DNA of 64,000 nucleotides, from the NCBI GenBank assembly GCA_965205855.1, contig OZ242184.1, positions 959,454 through 1,023,453 of the forward strand, in the 5' to 3' direction. The translations under genes were made by a program, and so were the position numbers. The notes under the pieces were generated by a model that searched no databases, was not told where the DNA came from, and saw only the letters and a program-made list of their open reading frames with translations. Position 1 is the first letter of the stretch. Each line of letters begins with the position of its first letter. This DNA is from Thermodesulfobacteriota bacterium. GTDB lineage: Bacteria; Desulfobacterota_D; UBA1144; Nemesobacterales; Mycalebacteriaceae. This document shows positions 12,586-25,372 of this stretch, one piece after another.

Positions 12586-13731
12586 ATGCAGCCGCCCGAA
12601 GGAATGGACATTCCATCCGACCCCAAAGGGCAACCGGACCAAGATGCGGGAGAGGACAAGCAGAAAGAACTGTCAGAAAAAACCACTTCAAGCAAATCCC
12701 TCCGTCCCGGAGATACGGACGAGAACGCGGCGGCGGCTTACAGAAACTACGAAACCGCCAAAAATATCAAACTGATAATGAGAGTGCTTGAGGGGAGTTT
12801 TCAGCGAAACACCGCCACAAAAAGGAGCCACCCTGGCGGAATGCCGAGGAAGTGGAAAAGGATGAACGCCTTTGATCTTGATGACTCCGACCCTCTGGAG
12901 CTTTTCCTCTGGTCAGACCACACATCGCCCTCTCTGCCACGCATTCAATTCAGGGAAAAAGAGACAACCGGTGGCGAGGTTGCAATCTTGCGCGATGTCA
13001 GCACTTCAATGATGGGAATTTACAGCGAATGGGCTTCATCGGTTGTCCGGGGCGTGGTGGAACTCGCCCGAACAAAAAACATGAGAGTGGGCTACCTTGA
13101 ATTCAACCACAAAGCCGACCCTTACGGACGGAAGAAAAACCGGCCAAGTTTTTTCACAAGAGAATACAGATGGCTTATGAACCTTGCCGAGTCAACCGAC
13201 TGTTCCGGCAATACGAACTATGAGGAAGCCCTCAAAAATGTGGTTATGGAGTTTAAAGGGCGCGGGCTGAGAAACAAACACATCCTTTTTATAACGGACG
13301 GCATTCCGACTTCGGGAGACATCTCATTCGGAGACGACGAAATGCCAACCCGTCATTCCCTTCCTCGCAAAAATGAAAAACATTTGCTGGAATACCTAAA
13401 CGCCGGCGCCCCTCACCGCGCTCAACAGGACTGGACGCAACCCCGCCCCCTGCGGGAGACGGTGCACAAAACGCAACGACTCGGCATTTTCATACACTCC
13501 ATTTTTATCGGCTCAAAAAACTATCCGAAAATTCTTCAGAAAATCTCCGAGGAAACAGATGGCACACAGTTTGTCGCCTTCAAAAACGATGAGAGCATCA
13601 TGCAGGTTGAGCGCAGAGACAAGTTCATCAACGACTACAAACTGAGACATCAGGAAATGGACGACAGTTTTGATCCCATCAAAGCCGCTTTTTCCCGACG
13701 CAGGATTCACACCGTAACGGGAAAACTTTAG
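12586..13731 (+). CDS. VWA (von Willebrand factor A) domain protein, MoxR partner
   Basis: MIDAS-like LRDVSTSM (DxSxS) and ILFITDG. The frame is also open for 65 codons upstream (12391-12585) with no ATG, GTG or TTG. Confidence 0.8.
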   Translation: MQPPEGMDIPSDPKGQPDQDAGEDKQKELSEKTTSSKSLRPGDTDENAAAAYRNYETAKNIKLIMRVLEGSFQRNTATKRSHPGGMPRKWKRMNAFDLDDSDPLELFLWSDHTSPSLPRIQFREKETTGGEVAILRDVSTSMMGIYSEWASSVVRGVVELARTKNMRVGYLEFNHKADPYGRKKNRPSFFTREYRWLMNLAESTDCSGNTNYEEALKNVVMEFKGRGLRNKHILFITDGIPTSGDISFGDDEMPTRHSLPRKNEKHLLEYLNAGAPHRAQQDWTQPRPLRETVHKTQRLGIFIHSIFIGSKNYPKILQKISEETDGTQFVAFKNDESIMQVERRDKFINDYKLRHQEMDDSFDPIKAAFSRRRIHTVTGKL

Positions 13732-13737
13732 TCCCGT

Positions 13738-14877
13738 CTATTTAACCAAAACTACAAGGTTGTTACGGTGTATAACCTCATCGCCGTATTTGTAGCCGAG
13801 TATTTTTTCAATGCCGGAGCCCTTTGAGCCAGCGATTCGCCTTGTTTCATCGGATGAATAAGAGACAAGACCGTGGGCAATTTCTTTTCCGTTTTCATCA
13901 ATGCACAGAACCGGTTCTCCTCTGCCGAAATCTCCGCCGACCGCCGTTATCCCCGAAGGAAGCAGGCTTCTGCCGGATTTGCCGACCGCTTCCGCGGCTC
14001 CCGTGTCTATTGTTATCTCACCTTTCGGCTTGAGCGTATGCGCTATCCAGTGCTTGCGCGCGCCGAGTTTTTCACCGGTTGAGGGAATAAGCGTCCCGAT
14101 ATTCACGCCAGAAAAGATTCTCATTATGTTTTCGGGATCTCTGCCATCCGCTATAATGGAGCGGATACCGAAGGCGGAAACCTTTTGTGCCGCTTGAAGT
14201 TTCGTTTTCATTCCCCCGGTTGTGGTCGCTCCCGAAGTGTCACCGCAGCTTTTCTCAAGCGCGCTATGCGTGTCTTCTATTACGGACAGGAGCTTCGCGT
14301 TTTTGTCTTCGCCGGGGTCTGAGTCATAAACACCCGCCGTGTCGGTGAGCATAAGAAGCAAGTCCGCCTCAATAAGGGTCGCGACAATTGCCGCAAGGTT
14401 GTCGTTGTCACCGAACATGATTTCCTCAACGGCGACCGTATCATTCTCATTCACAACGGGCACCGCTCCCATCTCCAGAAGCTCGTTTAGAGTGCCGCGC
14501 GCGTTTAGGAAGTAACGTCTGTCTGAAACTCCGTCCTGAGTGAGAAGCACCTGCGCGACGGTAAAGCGGCTTTGGGAAAAGGCGTTTTCGTAGTTCTTCA
14601 TAAGGCGAGTCTGCCCGCAAGCCGCGACCGCCTGTTTCCGCCGTATGGAATCCGGCTTTGTGTCAATGCCGAGGGTTTTCATCCCGGCGGCAATCGCCCC
14701 TGAAGACACAAGAACCACTCTAATCCCCTTCTCGCGCAGAATCGACACTTGCCGGGCGAGCGGGGCGAAAAAGGACTCGTCAAAACCGGACTTCGAAACA
14801 AGTATGCTGCTTCCCGTCTTGATAACGGCGGTTTTCACACCCGATATAAAATTTCTGTCATTCGTATTCGTTGACAT
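13738..14877 (-). CDS. proB: Glutamate 5-kinase with C-terminal PUA domain
   Basis: VIKTGSSIL kinase N-terminus, VVNENDTVAVEE, and a PUA-like C-terminus. Start placed at the internal Met (MSTNTNDR). Confidence 0.9.
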   Translation of the reverse strand: MSTNTNDRNFISGVKTAVIKTGSSILVSKSGFDESFFAPLARQVSILREKGIRVVLVSSGAIAAGMKTLGIDTKPDSIRRKQAVAACGQTRLMKNYENAFSQSRFTVAQVLLTQDGVSDRRYFLNARGTLNELLEMGAVPVVNENDTVAVEEIMFGDNDNLAAIVATLIEADLLLMLTDTAGVYDSDPGEDKNAKLLSVIEDTHSALEKSCGDTSGATTTGGMKTKLQAAQKVSAFGIRSIIADGRDPENIMRIFSGVNIGTLIPSTGEKLGARKHWIAHTLKPKGEITIDTGAAEAVGKSGRSLLPSGITAVGGDFGRGEPVLCIDENGKEIAHGLVSYSSDETRRIAGSKGSGIEKILGYKYGDEVIHRNNLVVLVK

Positions 14878-14962
14878 AAAAGGTTCCCGTGGCTCGGCAA
14901 GTTGTGATTGACAGCTCGAAACACGGGTGATAGTTTCCACTTTTGCTGTCAAAAGTAAAACT

Positions 14963-15036
14963 GCGGGAGTAGCTCAGTTGGCCAGAGCATTTGCTTCCCA
15001 AGCAAAGGGTCGCGGGTTCGAGCCCCGTCTCCCGCT
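14963..15036 (+). tRNA. tRNA-Gly(CCC)
   Basis: Hand-folded cloverleaf: acceptor gcgggag/ctcccgc, anticodon loop ttCCCaa, T-loop ttcgagc. Confidence 0.9.
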
Positions 15037-15086
15037 GGTGCTGTTGACAACGCAAGACGTGAAGGATAGCCTCAGTGTCCTTAAAT

Positions 15087-15163
15087 GCGGGAGTAGCTCA
15101 GTTGGCTAGAGCGTTTCCTTGCCAAGGAAAAGGTCGCGGGTTCGAATCCCGTCTCCCGCTCCA
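15087..15163 (+). tRNA. tRNA-Gly(GCC), CCA encoded
   Basis: Acceptor gcgggag/ctcccgc, anticodon loop ttGCCaa, T-loop ttcgaat, terminal tcca. Confidence 0.9.
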
Positions 15164-15176
15164 TTCTGAAAGACCG

Positions 15177-15779
15177 TCAGATTCTCATTTGTGTAAAACC
15201 GGGTTGAGATTCAACCGTTTTTACCCAGTTTGAAACTTCCGGATATTGTGAAATATCAATCTCACCCTCATGGGCGAGCGAGACATAAGGGTAGCAGGCA
15301 ATATCGGCTATTGTATAAGTGTCTGCGAGAAATTCGCGATTTTTCAAACCCTCGTTCAAAATTTCCAGTGCTACTCTTCCTTCCACACGCTTTTGCGCAA
15401 CCGCTTTCGCATCAACCTTTTCCGACGGAAGATACTTTGTCCAGAAACGCACGAGTGCGAGTGGCGGATCCAAAGTTGTTTTCCCGAAAATGACCCACTG
15501 AGCCATCTTACCAAATGCTTCGGGGTCTTCGGGAAGATAGGGACTCGGAGCAAACTTGCGCGCGATATAAAACAGAAGCGCGTTTGATTCCCAGATAACA
15601 AAATCACCGTCAACAAGAACCGGAATTTTGCGGTTGGGATTCAGTTTTGTAAATTCTCCGGTCTGATGCTCACCTTTGAATATGTCAACGTTGACCTTCT
15701 CAAACTCCACGCCGAGGTGGGAAAGCAGAAGTTCGGCTTTGTATGCGTTGCCAGAAAGCGGATGGGTGTACAGTTTCAT
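15177..15779 (-). CDS. Glutathione S-transferase
   Basis: MKLYTHPLSGNAYKAELLL...NPNRKIPVLVDGDFVIWESNALL, a GST N-terminal thioredoxin-like fold. Start placed at the internal Met. Confidence 0.85.
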   Translation of the reverse strand: MKLYTHPLSGNAYKAELLLSHLGVEFEKVNVDIFKGEHQTGEFTKLNPNRKIPVLVDGDFVIWESNALLFYIARKFAPSPYLPEDPEAFGKMAQWVIFGKTTLDPPLALVRFWTKYLPSEKVDAKAVAQKRVEGRVALEILNEGLKNREFLADTYTIADIACYPYVSLAHEGEIDISQYPEVSNWVKTVESQPGFTQMRI

Positions 15780-15832
15780 TTTCTGATCTCCTTGTTTTTT
15801 GGGGTTTTTATCCATTGTTCTATCTCTTTTTT

Positions 15833-16390
15833 TCACTCCTCAAGATACCTCTCAAACTTCCCCTTCAGGGTTTCCTCTCCAAGTATAGCGTTCAATGTTT
15901 TTCTGTCCGGCAGAGAGTATGTTACGACAGCTTTTGCCGAGTTTTTTCCACCTTCGCCCTTTATCGCGGCTGAAACGCGAACGACCCTGCCCTCATGCTC
16001 CAGCACTTTTGCGCGCGCCTCAACCGGCGCATCAAAACCGACAGGCGAAAGATAACGCAAGTCTATGCGCGTTGTAACACCAATCCTGCCCACTTTGTCA
16101 AACATCGCCCAGAAGGCGAGCTCATCAATAACCGCGCACTGTATTCCACCGTGAAGAATTCCGGGAAATCCGTTGAAATGTCTTTGCGGGTTGAGAGTTG
16201 TAATCACTTCGCCGGTTTCGTCATCGGCAAAAAACCTGAGTTTCAAGCCGAATTCATTGTTCGGATGACAGGCAAAACAGTTGTTACCCGGAAGATTTTT
16301 GAAAACATTTTCTATCTCACGGAGCAAGGATGGGTTACTCTTCTCCTGTTCCGCCCTCTGCAGGAGCGTCTTCAGAAATATCTTCATCAT
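15833..16390 (-). CDS. Hotdog-fold (PaaI-like) thioesterase
   Basis: [16 protein letters not shown] followed by [14 protein letters not shown], the PaaI/thioesterase pattern. The tracked start overlaps the gyrA 3' end by 56 nt. Confidence 0.7.
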   Translation of the reverse strand: MMKIFLKTLLQRAEQEKSNPSLLREIENVFKNLPGNNCFACHPNNEFGLKLRFFADDETGEVITTLNPQRHFNGFPGILHGGIQCAVIDELAFWAMFDKVGRIGVTTRIDLRYLSPVGFDAPVEARAKVLEHEGRVVRVSAAIKGEGGKNSAKAVVTYSLPDRKTLNAILGEETLKGKFERYLEE

Positions 16391-18830
16391 CGGTGTCTTC
16401 CCTTTCTACAACCCTTGCCGCAGCGGCAATAATTTCACCTTCTTGAAGACGCACTATCCTCACGCCCTGAGCCACGCGTCCGGTGTTTCTGATTTCACTG
16501 ACATTAACCCTGATTACTTTGCCCGCCGGGGTCGTGATAAGAATAAGTTGAGTCGCGTCTGTAACATGGAAAGAGCCGATAACTTTGCCATTCTTCTCCG
16601 TTATGGCCACAGTTTTGACTCCCTTGCCGCCGCGATTTGTCTGGCGGTAATCCGCAATGCGCGTCCTTTTGCCAAAACCTTTCTCGGTAACCGTAAGTAT
16701 CTGAGCTTCGGAGTCTTCCACCGATTCAAGACTGACAAGACAGTCGTCCGAATCCAGATTCAGACCCTTGACACCGGCGGCTCCCCTCCCCATCGCGCGA
16801 ACCTTTGTCTCTTCAAAACGAATCGCCTTGCCGTTATGAGAGGACAGGAAAATCTCACTGTTTCCATTGGTTATGCGAGCCGCGACCAGTTCGTCGCCGT
16901 TTTTTATGTTCAGGGCGATTATCCCGCCCGAACGCGGACGCGAATACGCCATCAAACTTGTTTTCTTCACAATGCCGTGCCGGGTCGCCATGAGGATAAA
17001 TTTGCCTTCTTCAAACTTTTTCACCGGAAGCACGGCGGCAACTTTCTCGTCTTCGCCGAGGTTCAGCAAGTTCACCATCGCCCTGCCTTTCGCAGTTCGT
17101 CCCGCTTCGGGAATTTCATAAACTTTCAACCAATGACACCTGCCATGGTTTGTAAAGAAAAGAACATGGTTGTGATTTGAAGCCGTAAAAAGATCTTCAA
17201 CAAAATCGCTCGCACGGGTTGTCATTCCCTTCTTCCCTTTGCCACCGCGCCTCTGGCTTCTATAAATGCTGAGAGGAGTGGTTTTTATATATCCCTCATG
17301 TGAGATTGTTACGACCATATCCTCATCCGAGATAAGGTCTTCAATTGAAATTTCCTCAACATTATCAAGTATCTCGGTTCTTCTTTTGTCGGAGTATTTT
17401 CCTTTTATCTCAACTAATTCATCACTTACAATTTTGAAAATAAGTTCCTCATTGGCAAGTATTTTTTTGAGTTCTTCCACGGTTTTCAAAATCTCATTTC
17501 TTTCCTCAAAAATTTTGTCTCTCTCAAGGGCGGTGAGCCTCTGAAGCCTCATGTCAAGTATTGCCTGCGCCTGAATATCGGAAAGCGAGAGGTTTTTCAC
17601 AAGACCGTTTTTGGCTTCCATGGGGCTTTTAGACCCTCTTATGAGTTTGATAACCGTATCAAGGTTGTCCAACGCTATCTTGAGCCCTTCAAGAATGTGC
17701 AACCGCGCTTGGGCTTTTTCAAGATCAAAGATTGTTCTACGTATAACAACTTCTTTGCGGTGCTCAATAAACTGGCCAAGTGCCTGTTTAAGGCTGAGTA
17801 TCTGCGGCTGGTTGCCGACAAGCGCGAGCATTATCACACCGAAAGATGTATCCATCTGGCTGTTTTTATAAAGCTGGTTGAGAATCACTTCCGCGTTCTC
17901 TCCTCTTTTGAGTTCCACCACAATGCGTATTCCGTCCCTGTCGGATTCATCGCGAATGTCGCTTATTCCCTTGATTCTCTCTTCTTTGACGAGTTCGGCT
18001 ATGCGTTCTATAAGTTTGACTTTGTTGATCTGATAGGGAATCTCGTTTATCACAACAAGGCTTTTGTCGCCCTTTTTCTGCTTCTCTATGGAGGCTTTCG
18101 CCCTGATTTTGATTATCCCTCTTCCCGTTTCGTATATCTGCCTTATGGGAGCGCTTCCGCAGATAAACCCCCCGGTCGGAAAATCCGGCCCCGGAATGTA
18201 CTTCATCAGTTCGCTGACTTTGATATCAGGGTTTTTAATCTGTGCGACAATCGCGTCAACAAGTTCGCCGAGGTTATGAGGCGGTATGTTTGTGGACATT
18301 CCCACCGCTATTCCGGCCGAACCGTTCAGAAGGAGGTTTGGAATTTTCGACGGCAGAACAACGGGCTCATTCTCGCCACCGTCATAGTTCGGAACAAAAT
18401 CAACGGTGTTTTTGTCAAGGTTATCGAGAAGTTCGCCCGCTATTCTGTCAAGACGGACTTCGGTGTAACGCATTGCCGCCGGGGGGTCTCCGTCCATTGA
18501 GCCGAAATTCCCCTGCCCGTCAACAAGCGGGTAGCGCATTGAAAAATCCTGCGCCATTCGCACAAGCGTGTCGTATATCGCCGAGTCGCCGTGGGGGTGG
18601 AATTTACCCATGACGTCACCGACAATTCTCGCGGACTTTTTATACGGTCTGTTCCATGCGTTTCCGACTTCATGCATTCCGTAGAGAATGCGCCTGTGAA
18701 CGGGTTTCATTCCGTCTCTGGCGTCGGGCAGCGCCCTGCCCACAATCACGCTCATTGAGTAGGAAAGATAAGAATCTTTCATCTCATCTTCTATACTTAC
18801 GGGAAGAAAACGGGTCGGGTTATCTGACAT
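16335..18830 (-). CDS. gyrA: DNA gyrase subunit A
   Basis: [14 protein letters not shown], active-site [10 protein letters not shown], a GyrA-box beta-pinwheel C-terminal domain, and an acidic tail [20 protein letters not shown]. Confidence 0.97.
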   Translation of the reverse strand: MSDNPTRFLPVSIEDEMKDSYLSYSMSVIVGRALPDARDGMKPVHRRILYGMHEVGNAWNRPYKKSARIVGDVMGKFHPHGDSAIYDTLVRMAQDFSMRYPLVDGQGNFGSMDGDPPAAMRYTEVRLDRIAGELLDNLDKNTVDFVPNYDGGENEPVVLPSKIPNLLLNGSAGIAVGMSTNIPPHNLGELVDAIVAQIKNPDIKVSELMKYIPGPDFPTGGFICGSAPIRQIYETGRGIIKIRAKASIEKQKKGDKSLVVINEIPYQINKVKLIERIAELVKEERIKGISDIRDESDRDGIRIVVELKRGENAEVILNQLYKNSQMDTSFGVIMLALVGNQPQILSLKQALGQFIEHRKEVVIRRTIFDLEKAQARLHILEGLKIALDNLDTVIKLIRGSKSPMEAKNGLVKNLSLSDIQAQAILDMRLQRLTALERDKIFEERNEILKTVEELKKILANEELIFKIVSDELVEIKGKYSDKRRTEILDNVEEISIEDLISDEDMVVTISHEGYIKTTPLSIYRSQRRGGKGKKGMTTRASDFVEDLFTASNHNHVLFFTNHGRCHWLKVYEIPEAGRTAKGRAMVNLLNLGEDEKVAAVLPVKKFEEGKFILMATRHGIVKKTSLMAYSRPRSGGIIALNIKNGDELVAARITNGNSEIFLSSHNGKAIRFEETKVRAMGRGAAGVKGLNLDSDDCLVSLESVEDSEAQILTVTEKGFGKRTRIADYRQTNRGGKGVKTVAITEKNGKVIGSFHVTDATQLILITTPAGKVIRVNVSEIRNTGRVAQGVRIVRLQEGEIIAAAARVVEREDTDDEDISEDAPAEGGTGEE

Positions 18831-19028
18831 ATAAATTAGGTTCCTTGAAACTCAGCCTTGAAGGCTGAAATAAAGACTGAAATTGCCTGCAAGTATATTA
18901 TGAATGAGGGTGATAATCAATCGGTTTGCGAAGACATAACATGAGCGGAATCAGAAGCTGCAAAATAAGCCGTTTCAGATGCCTTTCCGTCTTGCGGCTA
19001 CTTCTTCCTTCGGTATGCTTCTCCGGCT

Positions 19029-19580
19029 ATGAAAGTAATAACCGGCTCTGCAAAGGGCAGAAAAATCAAAACCGCGCAAAACGGAGTGCGTCCGATGGCG
19101 GCGCGGGTCAAAAAATCCGTGTTTGACACACTTGGCGACATAACCGACGCGCGGGTTCTGGATGTTTTTGCCGGCTCGGGCGCGCTCGGAATAGAATCAA
19201 TGAGCAGAGGGGCGGTCTCGGTCGTGTTTGTTGAAAAAAGCGCGCATGTGGCTGACATTCTCGCAGGCAATATAAAGGAATGCGGTTTTGAATACGGTTG
19301 CGAAGTGATTTGTGCGGACTACGCCAAAGCCGCAAGCCGCCTGCTTGACCGCGGGGAAAAGTTTGACCTCGTATTCATCGCCCCACCCTACAAGTTTTAC
19401 GAGCGGGTTTCGGGGGAAAAACTGACGTACTGCTTTTCCCCTCTGCTGTCGCAAAACGGCAGAATTGTAATAGAGTATGAGACTGTCGGAGAAACGAAGC
19501 ATAAAGACTTTGGCGAAAACTGCCGGACAAAAAAATATGGAGGAACAACCGTCAGCATAATCTCCCCGAAAACCGGCTGA
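19029..19580 (+). CDS. rsmD: 16S rRNA (guanine966-N2)-methyltransferase RsmD
   Basis: VLDVFAGSGALGIES SAM motif, FIAPPY, 183 aa. Confidence 0.85.
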   Translation: MKVITGSAKGRKIKTAQNGVRPMAARVKKSVFDTLGDITDARVLDVFAGSGALGIESMSRGAVSVVFVEKSAHVADILAGNIKECGFEYGCEVICADYAKAASRLLDRGEKFDLVFIAPPYKFYERVSGEKLTYCFSPLLSQNGRIVIEYETVGETKHKDFGENCRTKKYGGTTVSIISPKTG

Positions 19581-19598
19581 AAACGGTAAAATACTGAA

Positions 19599-20111
19599 AT
19601 GAAAAGAGCGGCAATATATCCGGGGTCCTTCGATCCCATTACTCTTGGACATATCAATGTGGTGGAGCGCGGGGCGAGGGTTTTTGATGAAATAACAGTC
19701 GCGGTGGCGAGAGACATATCAAAAAACGCGACTTTCTCACCCGAAGAAAGAATGGAAATGGTAATGCGAGCGGTTGGAAATAAAAAAAATATCAAAGTGG
19801 AATGCTTTAACGGACTGCTTGTGGAATACGTCTCTTCAAAGAAGATAAACACAATACTGAGGGGAATGAGAAGCGTGTCCGATTTTGAGTACGAGCTTCA
19901 GATGGCCGGAGCAAACACGGCTCTCAACCCCGATGTGGAAACGGTGTTTATGGTTACGGACTCAAAATATTCACATATCAGCTCGTCTCTCATAAAAGAG
20001 ATTGTAGCCCTTGGCGGTTCGGCGCGCGGACTTATTCCCAAGTTCATCGAGAAACGCCTGCGGACGAAACTTCTTGAGAAAAAAGCGGCTTCGGAAGGTC
20101 AAACCGAATGA
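19599..20111 (+). CDS. coaD: Phosphopantetheine adenylyltransferase
   Basis: AIYPGSFDPITLGHINVVERG (the T/HxGH motif), 170 aa. Confidence 0.95.
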   Translation: MKRAAIYPGSFDPITLGHINVVERGARVFDEITVAVARDISKNATFSPEERMEMVMRAVGNKKNIKVECFNGLLVEYVSSKKINTILRGMRSVSDFEYELQMAGANTALNPDVETVFMVTDSKYSHISSSLIKEIVALGGSARGLIPKFIEKRLRTKLLEKKAASEGQTE

Positions 20112-21304
20112 GCATAGAAATTTCCCGAAAAGCCTCCGGCATCAAGCAGTCGGCAACTTTAGCCATTACCGGTCGCGTAAAGGAATTAAGGTCCAAAGGA
20201 GTGGACATCATAGGATTTGGAGCCGGAGAACCGGATTTTGACACTCCGGAGAATGTAAAAAACTCCGGCATTGAGGCGATAAAAAACGGCTTCAACAAAT
20301 ACACACCCGTCGGCGGAATACCGGAGCTCAAAGAGGCGATAATAGAAAGGATAAAAAATGATTACGGAATTGAGTATTCACAGCAGGAAATCATAGTCTC
20401 ATGCGGAGCAAAGCACTCGCTCTACAACGTGGCGCACGCAGTGTTAAACCCCGGAGACGAAGTGATTGTTCCGTCTCCGTACTGGGTTTCATATCCCGCG
20501 CAGATTGAGCTTGCCGGAGCAATCTCCGTTATTGCCGAGACATCATTTAAAGACGGATTCAAACTGAACCCCGAAATTCTCAAAGAGAAAATCTCCTCAA
20601 AAACAAGAGCCCTAATACTCAACTATCCGTCAAACCCTACGGGAGCAACATACGACCGCAAAGAGTTGGAAGCCATTGTGGAAGTTGCCATGGAAGCGGG
20701 GATTGTAATAATATCGGATGAAATATACGACAAAATCCTTTACGGTAGCCGCACTCATACGCCCATCGCCGCGCTGGGCGAGGATGTGAAGAAAAACTCC
20801 ATTCTTGTAAACGGAGTTTCAAAAACCTACTCAATGACAGGGTGGAGAATAGGATATGTCGCGTGCGAGAAAGACGTTGTGTCCGCGATGTCAAGAATAC
20901 AAGGACAATGCACATCCAATCCGATGTCTATAGCTCAAATCGGAACAATTGAAGCGCTTTCGGGCAATCAGGAGATAGTAACCAAAAGAACCGAAGAATT
21001 TGAACGCAGAAAAGACTTTATTATTTCTCGCATTGAAGAGATGGAACTGAGATGTCTCAAACCTCAGGGAGCATTCTACATATTCCCTTCAATAGAAAAC
21101 CTGATTGGCGCGAAGTTCGGCGACAGAACAATAGAAAACAGTATGGACTTTACGGATTTTCTGCTGAGTCAGGCGAAGGTGGCGGTTGTTCCGGGCGTAG
21201 AGTTTGGAAAAGAAAACCACATCAGAATCTCTTATGCGACCTCAATGGAAAACATTGAACAGGGAATGGACAGAATGGAAAAAGTTCTTTCCCTTCTTTC
21301 TTGA
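20108..21304 (+). CDS. PLP-dependent aminotransferase (aspartate aminotransferase class I)
   Basis: GEPDFDTP, NYPSNPTG, and the PLP-lysine context SKTYSMTGWRIGY. Confidence 0.9.
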   Translation: MSIEISRKASGIKQSATLAITGRVKELRSKGVDIIGFGAGEPDFDTPENVKNSGIEAIKNGFNKYTPVGGIPELKEAIIERIKNDYGIEYSQQEIIVSCGAKHSLYNVAHAVLNPGDEVIVPSPYWVSYPAQIELAGAISVIAETSFKDGFKLNPEILKEKISSKTRALILNYPSNPTGATYDRKELEAIVEVAMEAGIVIISDEIYDKILYGSRTHTPIAALGEDVKKNSILVNGVSKTYSMTGWRIGYVACEKDVVSAMSRIQGQCTSNPMSIAQIGTIEALSGNQEIVTKRTEEFERRKDFIISRIEEMELRCLKPQGAFYIFPSIENLIGAKFGDRTIENSMDFTDFLLSQAKVAVVPGVEFGKENHIRISYATSMENIEQGMDRMEKVLSLLS

Positions 21305-22404
<1,100 letters not shown>

Positions 22405-22421
22405 CGAAACAACAACCGGAA

Positions 22422-22494
22422 TGGAGGTGAGCGGGTTCGAACCGCCGACCTCCGGCTTGCAAAGCCGGCGCTCTCCCAACTGAGCTACACCCCC
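22422..22494 (-). tRNA. tRNA-Ala(UGC)
   Basis: Reverse complement gggggtgtagctcagttgggagagcgccggctttTGCaagccggaggtcggcggttcgaacccgctcacctcca. G3:U70 pair present. Confidence 0.9.
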
Positions 22495-22514
22495 GTGGTG
22501 CCTTCAAAATTCAA

Positions 22515-22589
<75 letters not shown>

Positions 22590-22642
22590 CGCAAAGGGCA
22601 AAGTGTATAAACAATCGGGTGGAGTGTCAAAAGAAAACGGTG

Positions 22643-23167
22643 TCATGCAAAACTGTTGATTGAGCGTCCCGTGTATTCACACGCTTTCAAAACAACATGA
22701 GCGCACGCCTTCGCGTCTTCAAGCGCGTCGTGATGGTTGAATAAAATGCCAAGGTTTGAGCATAAGAATTTAAGAGACGCCCCGCTGTTCAAAATACGGC
22801 TTCCCGCAAATGCGCTACGGGCAATCTGAACGCTGTGCATCCATTTGCCGCAGATTGATGCAACCCCATATTTCTGCTTTGCCTGGTTGACTGCTTGGAA
22901 GTCAAAAAGTGTATGGCTGATTACAATGCGGTTTTGAAGTTTAGAACGGAGGGCACCGGAAATTTCCGCAAAGGTCGGATAGTCCTCAACATCTTCGGGA
23001 CAGATGCCATGAATTCCAATATTGCCCTCTTCAAAATGTTCTTCGGGATTTATAAGCGTTGACCATTCGTCCGCAAAAACACCGTTGCGAACCTCAACAC
23101 CGATTTGGCAAATGCTCCCTCGGCTGTGGTTGGCGGTTTCAACTTCTATGGCGGTGAAATTGCTCAC
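22643..23167 (-). CDS. DnaQ-like 3'-5' exonuclease domain protein (DEDDh type)
   Basis: ExoI-like IEVETAN (Glu in place of the usual first Asp), ExoII-like VISHTLFDF, ExoIII HHDALEDAKA. 174 aa. Confidence 0.7.
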   Translation of the reverse strand: MSNFTAIEVETANHSRGSICQIGVEVRNGVFADEWSTLINPEEHFEEGNIGIHGICPEDVEDYPTFAEISGALRSKLQNRIVISHTLFDFQAVNQAKQKYGVASICGKWMHSVQIARSAFAGSRILNSGASLKFLCSNLGILFNHHDALEDAKACAHVVLKACEYTGRSINSFA

Positions 23168-23234
23168 GGAAGAGAATTATACACGACAGCAATTTGACAT
23201 CATAACGCTATGACACTTTCCGGAGGCATGGAAA

Positions 23235-23462
23235 ATGGAAAAAAGAACTGTCTATTTTGACGCAAAACTTGCGCGTGAGCTTCGCCTGATAGCCGCCGGA
23301 AATGACACATCGGTTTCCGTCATTATCAATAATGTCTTAAAAGACAGACTTGCCAAGGATGCGGAGAATTATACGATTGTTGAACAACGCAAGAATGAGC
23401 CCACAGTTCCGCTCGAAAAAATTCTGAAAGACTTCAAAAAAAAGTGGCAATTTTTGAAATGA
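23235..23462 (+). CDS. Small ribbon-helix-helix-like (CopG/antitoxin-like) protein
   Basis: MEKRTVYFDAKLARELRLIAAGNDTSVSVIINNVLKDRL has a beta-strand-then-helix RHH-like pattern. No partner toxin gene is adjacent. Confidence 0.4.
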   Translation: MEKRTVYFDAKLARELRLIAAGNDTSVSVIINNVLKDRLAKDAENYTIVEQRKNEPTVPLEKILKDFKKKWQFLK

Positions 23463-23497
23463 CGGGCGGACAAATCCAACAGAAAAGCCTTTGCCAA

Positions 23498-23517
23498 CTG
23501 AAAAGCACATACGACAG
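23498..23517 (-). promoter_or_regulatory. 3' half of the pre-16S processing stem
   Basis: ctgaaaagcacatacgacag is the reverse complement (19 of 20 positions) of 25196-25215 on the other side of the 16S gene. Confidence 0.6.
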
Positions 23518-23598
23518 ACGAACCACAAAACCGTTTCATTCAAACGATTGAATTGTCTTACTTGTTTACTCTTTATGAGTAAAAATTTACTCCGTGAG

Positions 23599-25156
<1,558 letters not shown>

Positions 25157-25195
25157 AAAATTGTAATCGTCTGGAAACGACTCTACATTTGTCCG

Positions 25196-25215
25196 CTGTC
25201 GTATGTGCTATTCAG
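25196..25215 (-). promoter_or_regulatory. 5' half of the pre-16S processing stem
   Basis: ctgtcgtatgtgctattcag (plus strand) is complementary to 23498-23517 in the minus-strand transcript. Confidence 0.6.
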
Positions 25216-25264
25216 TTTTCAAAGAACTCGCAACGTTCAAGAACAAGAACCGTTGGGAGCGGTA

Positions 25265-25293
25265 AAACTAACGAAGACAATTTGCATTGTCAA
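25265..25293 (-). promoter_or_regulatory. Candidate 16S promoter (-35 TTGACA, 17-nt spacer, -10 TAGTTT) with an A/T-rich upstream element
   Basis: Minus strand reads ttttatttattttcccttccactctaTTGACAatgcaaattgtcttcgtTAGTTT. The -10 is weak. Confidence 0.3.
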
Positions 25294-25304
25294 TAGAGTG
25301 GAAG

Positions 25305-25350
25305 GGAAAATAAATAAAAAACGCCGAACACACTCATGTGAGTCCGGCGC
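25305..25350 (-). terminator. Intrinsic terminator downstream of the barrel-protein gene
   Basis: Minus strand: cgccggac...gttcggcg stem followed by tttttttatttatttt. Confidence 0.6.
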
Positions 25351-25372
25351 TTGTTAAAAACCACAGAGATTG

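Noticed and set aside
12284-12642. Minus-strand ORFs (88 and 97 aa) across the MoxR/VWA junction
   Set aside because: They are antisense to coding or acidic-linker sequence, and their hydrophobic low-complexity translation is typical of the reverse strand of GAA/GAG-rich DNA.
16335-16390. The 56-nt same-strand overlap between the gyrA 3' end and the thioesterase start, considered as a sign of frameshifting
   Set aside because: The simpler explanation is an over-extended thioesterase start call or an ordinary overlap. No slippery sequence is present.
16281-18500. Long plus-strand ORFs (299 aa, 267 aa and others) inside gyrA
   Set aside because: They are antisense shadow ORFs of a strongly supported gyrA gene, with low-complexity Ser/Phe/Leu-rich translations and no motifs.
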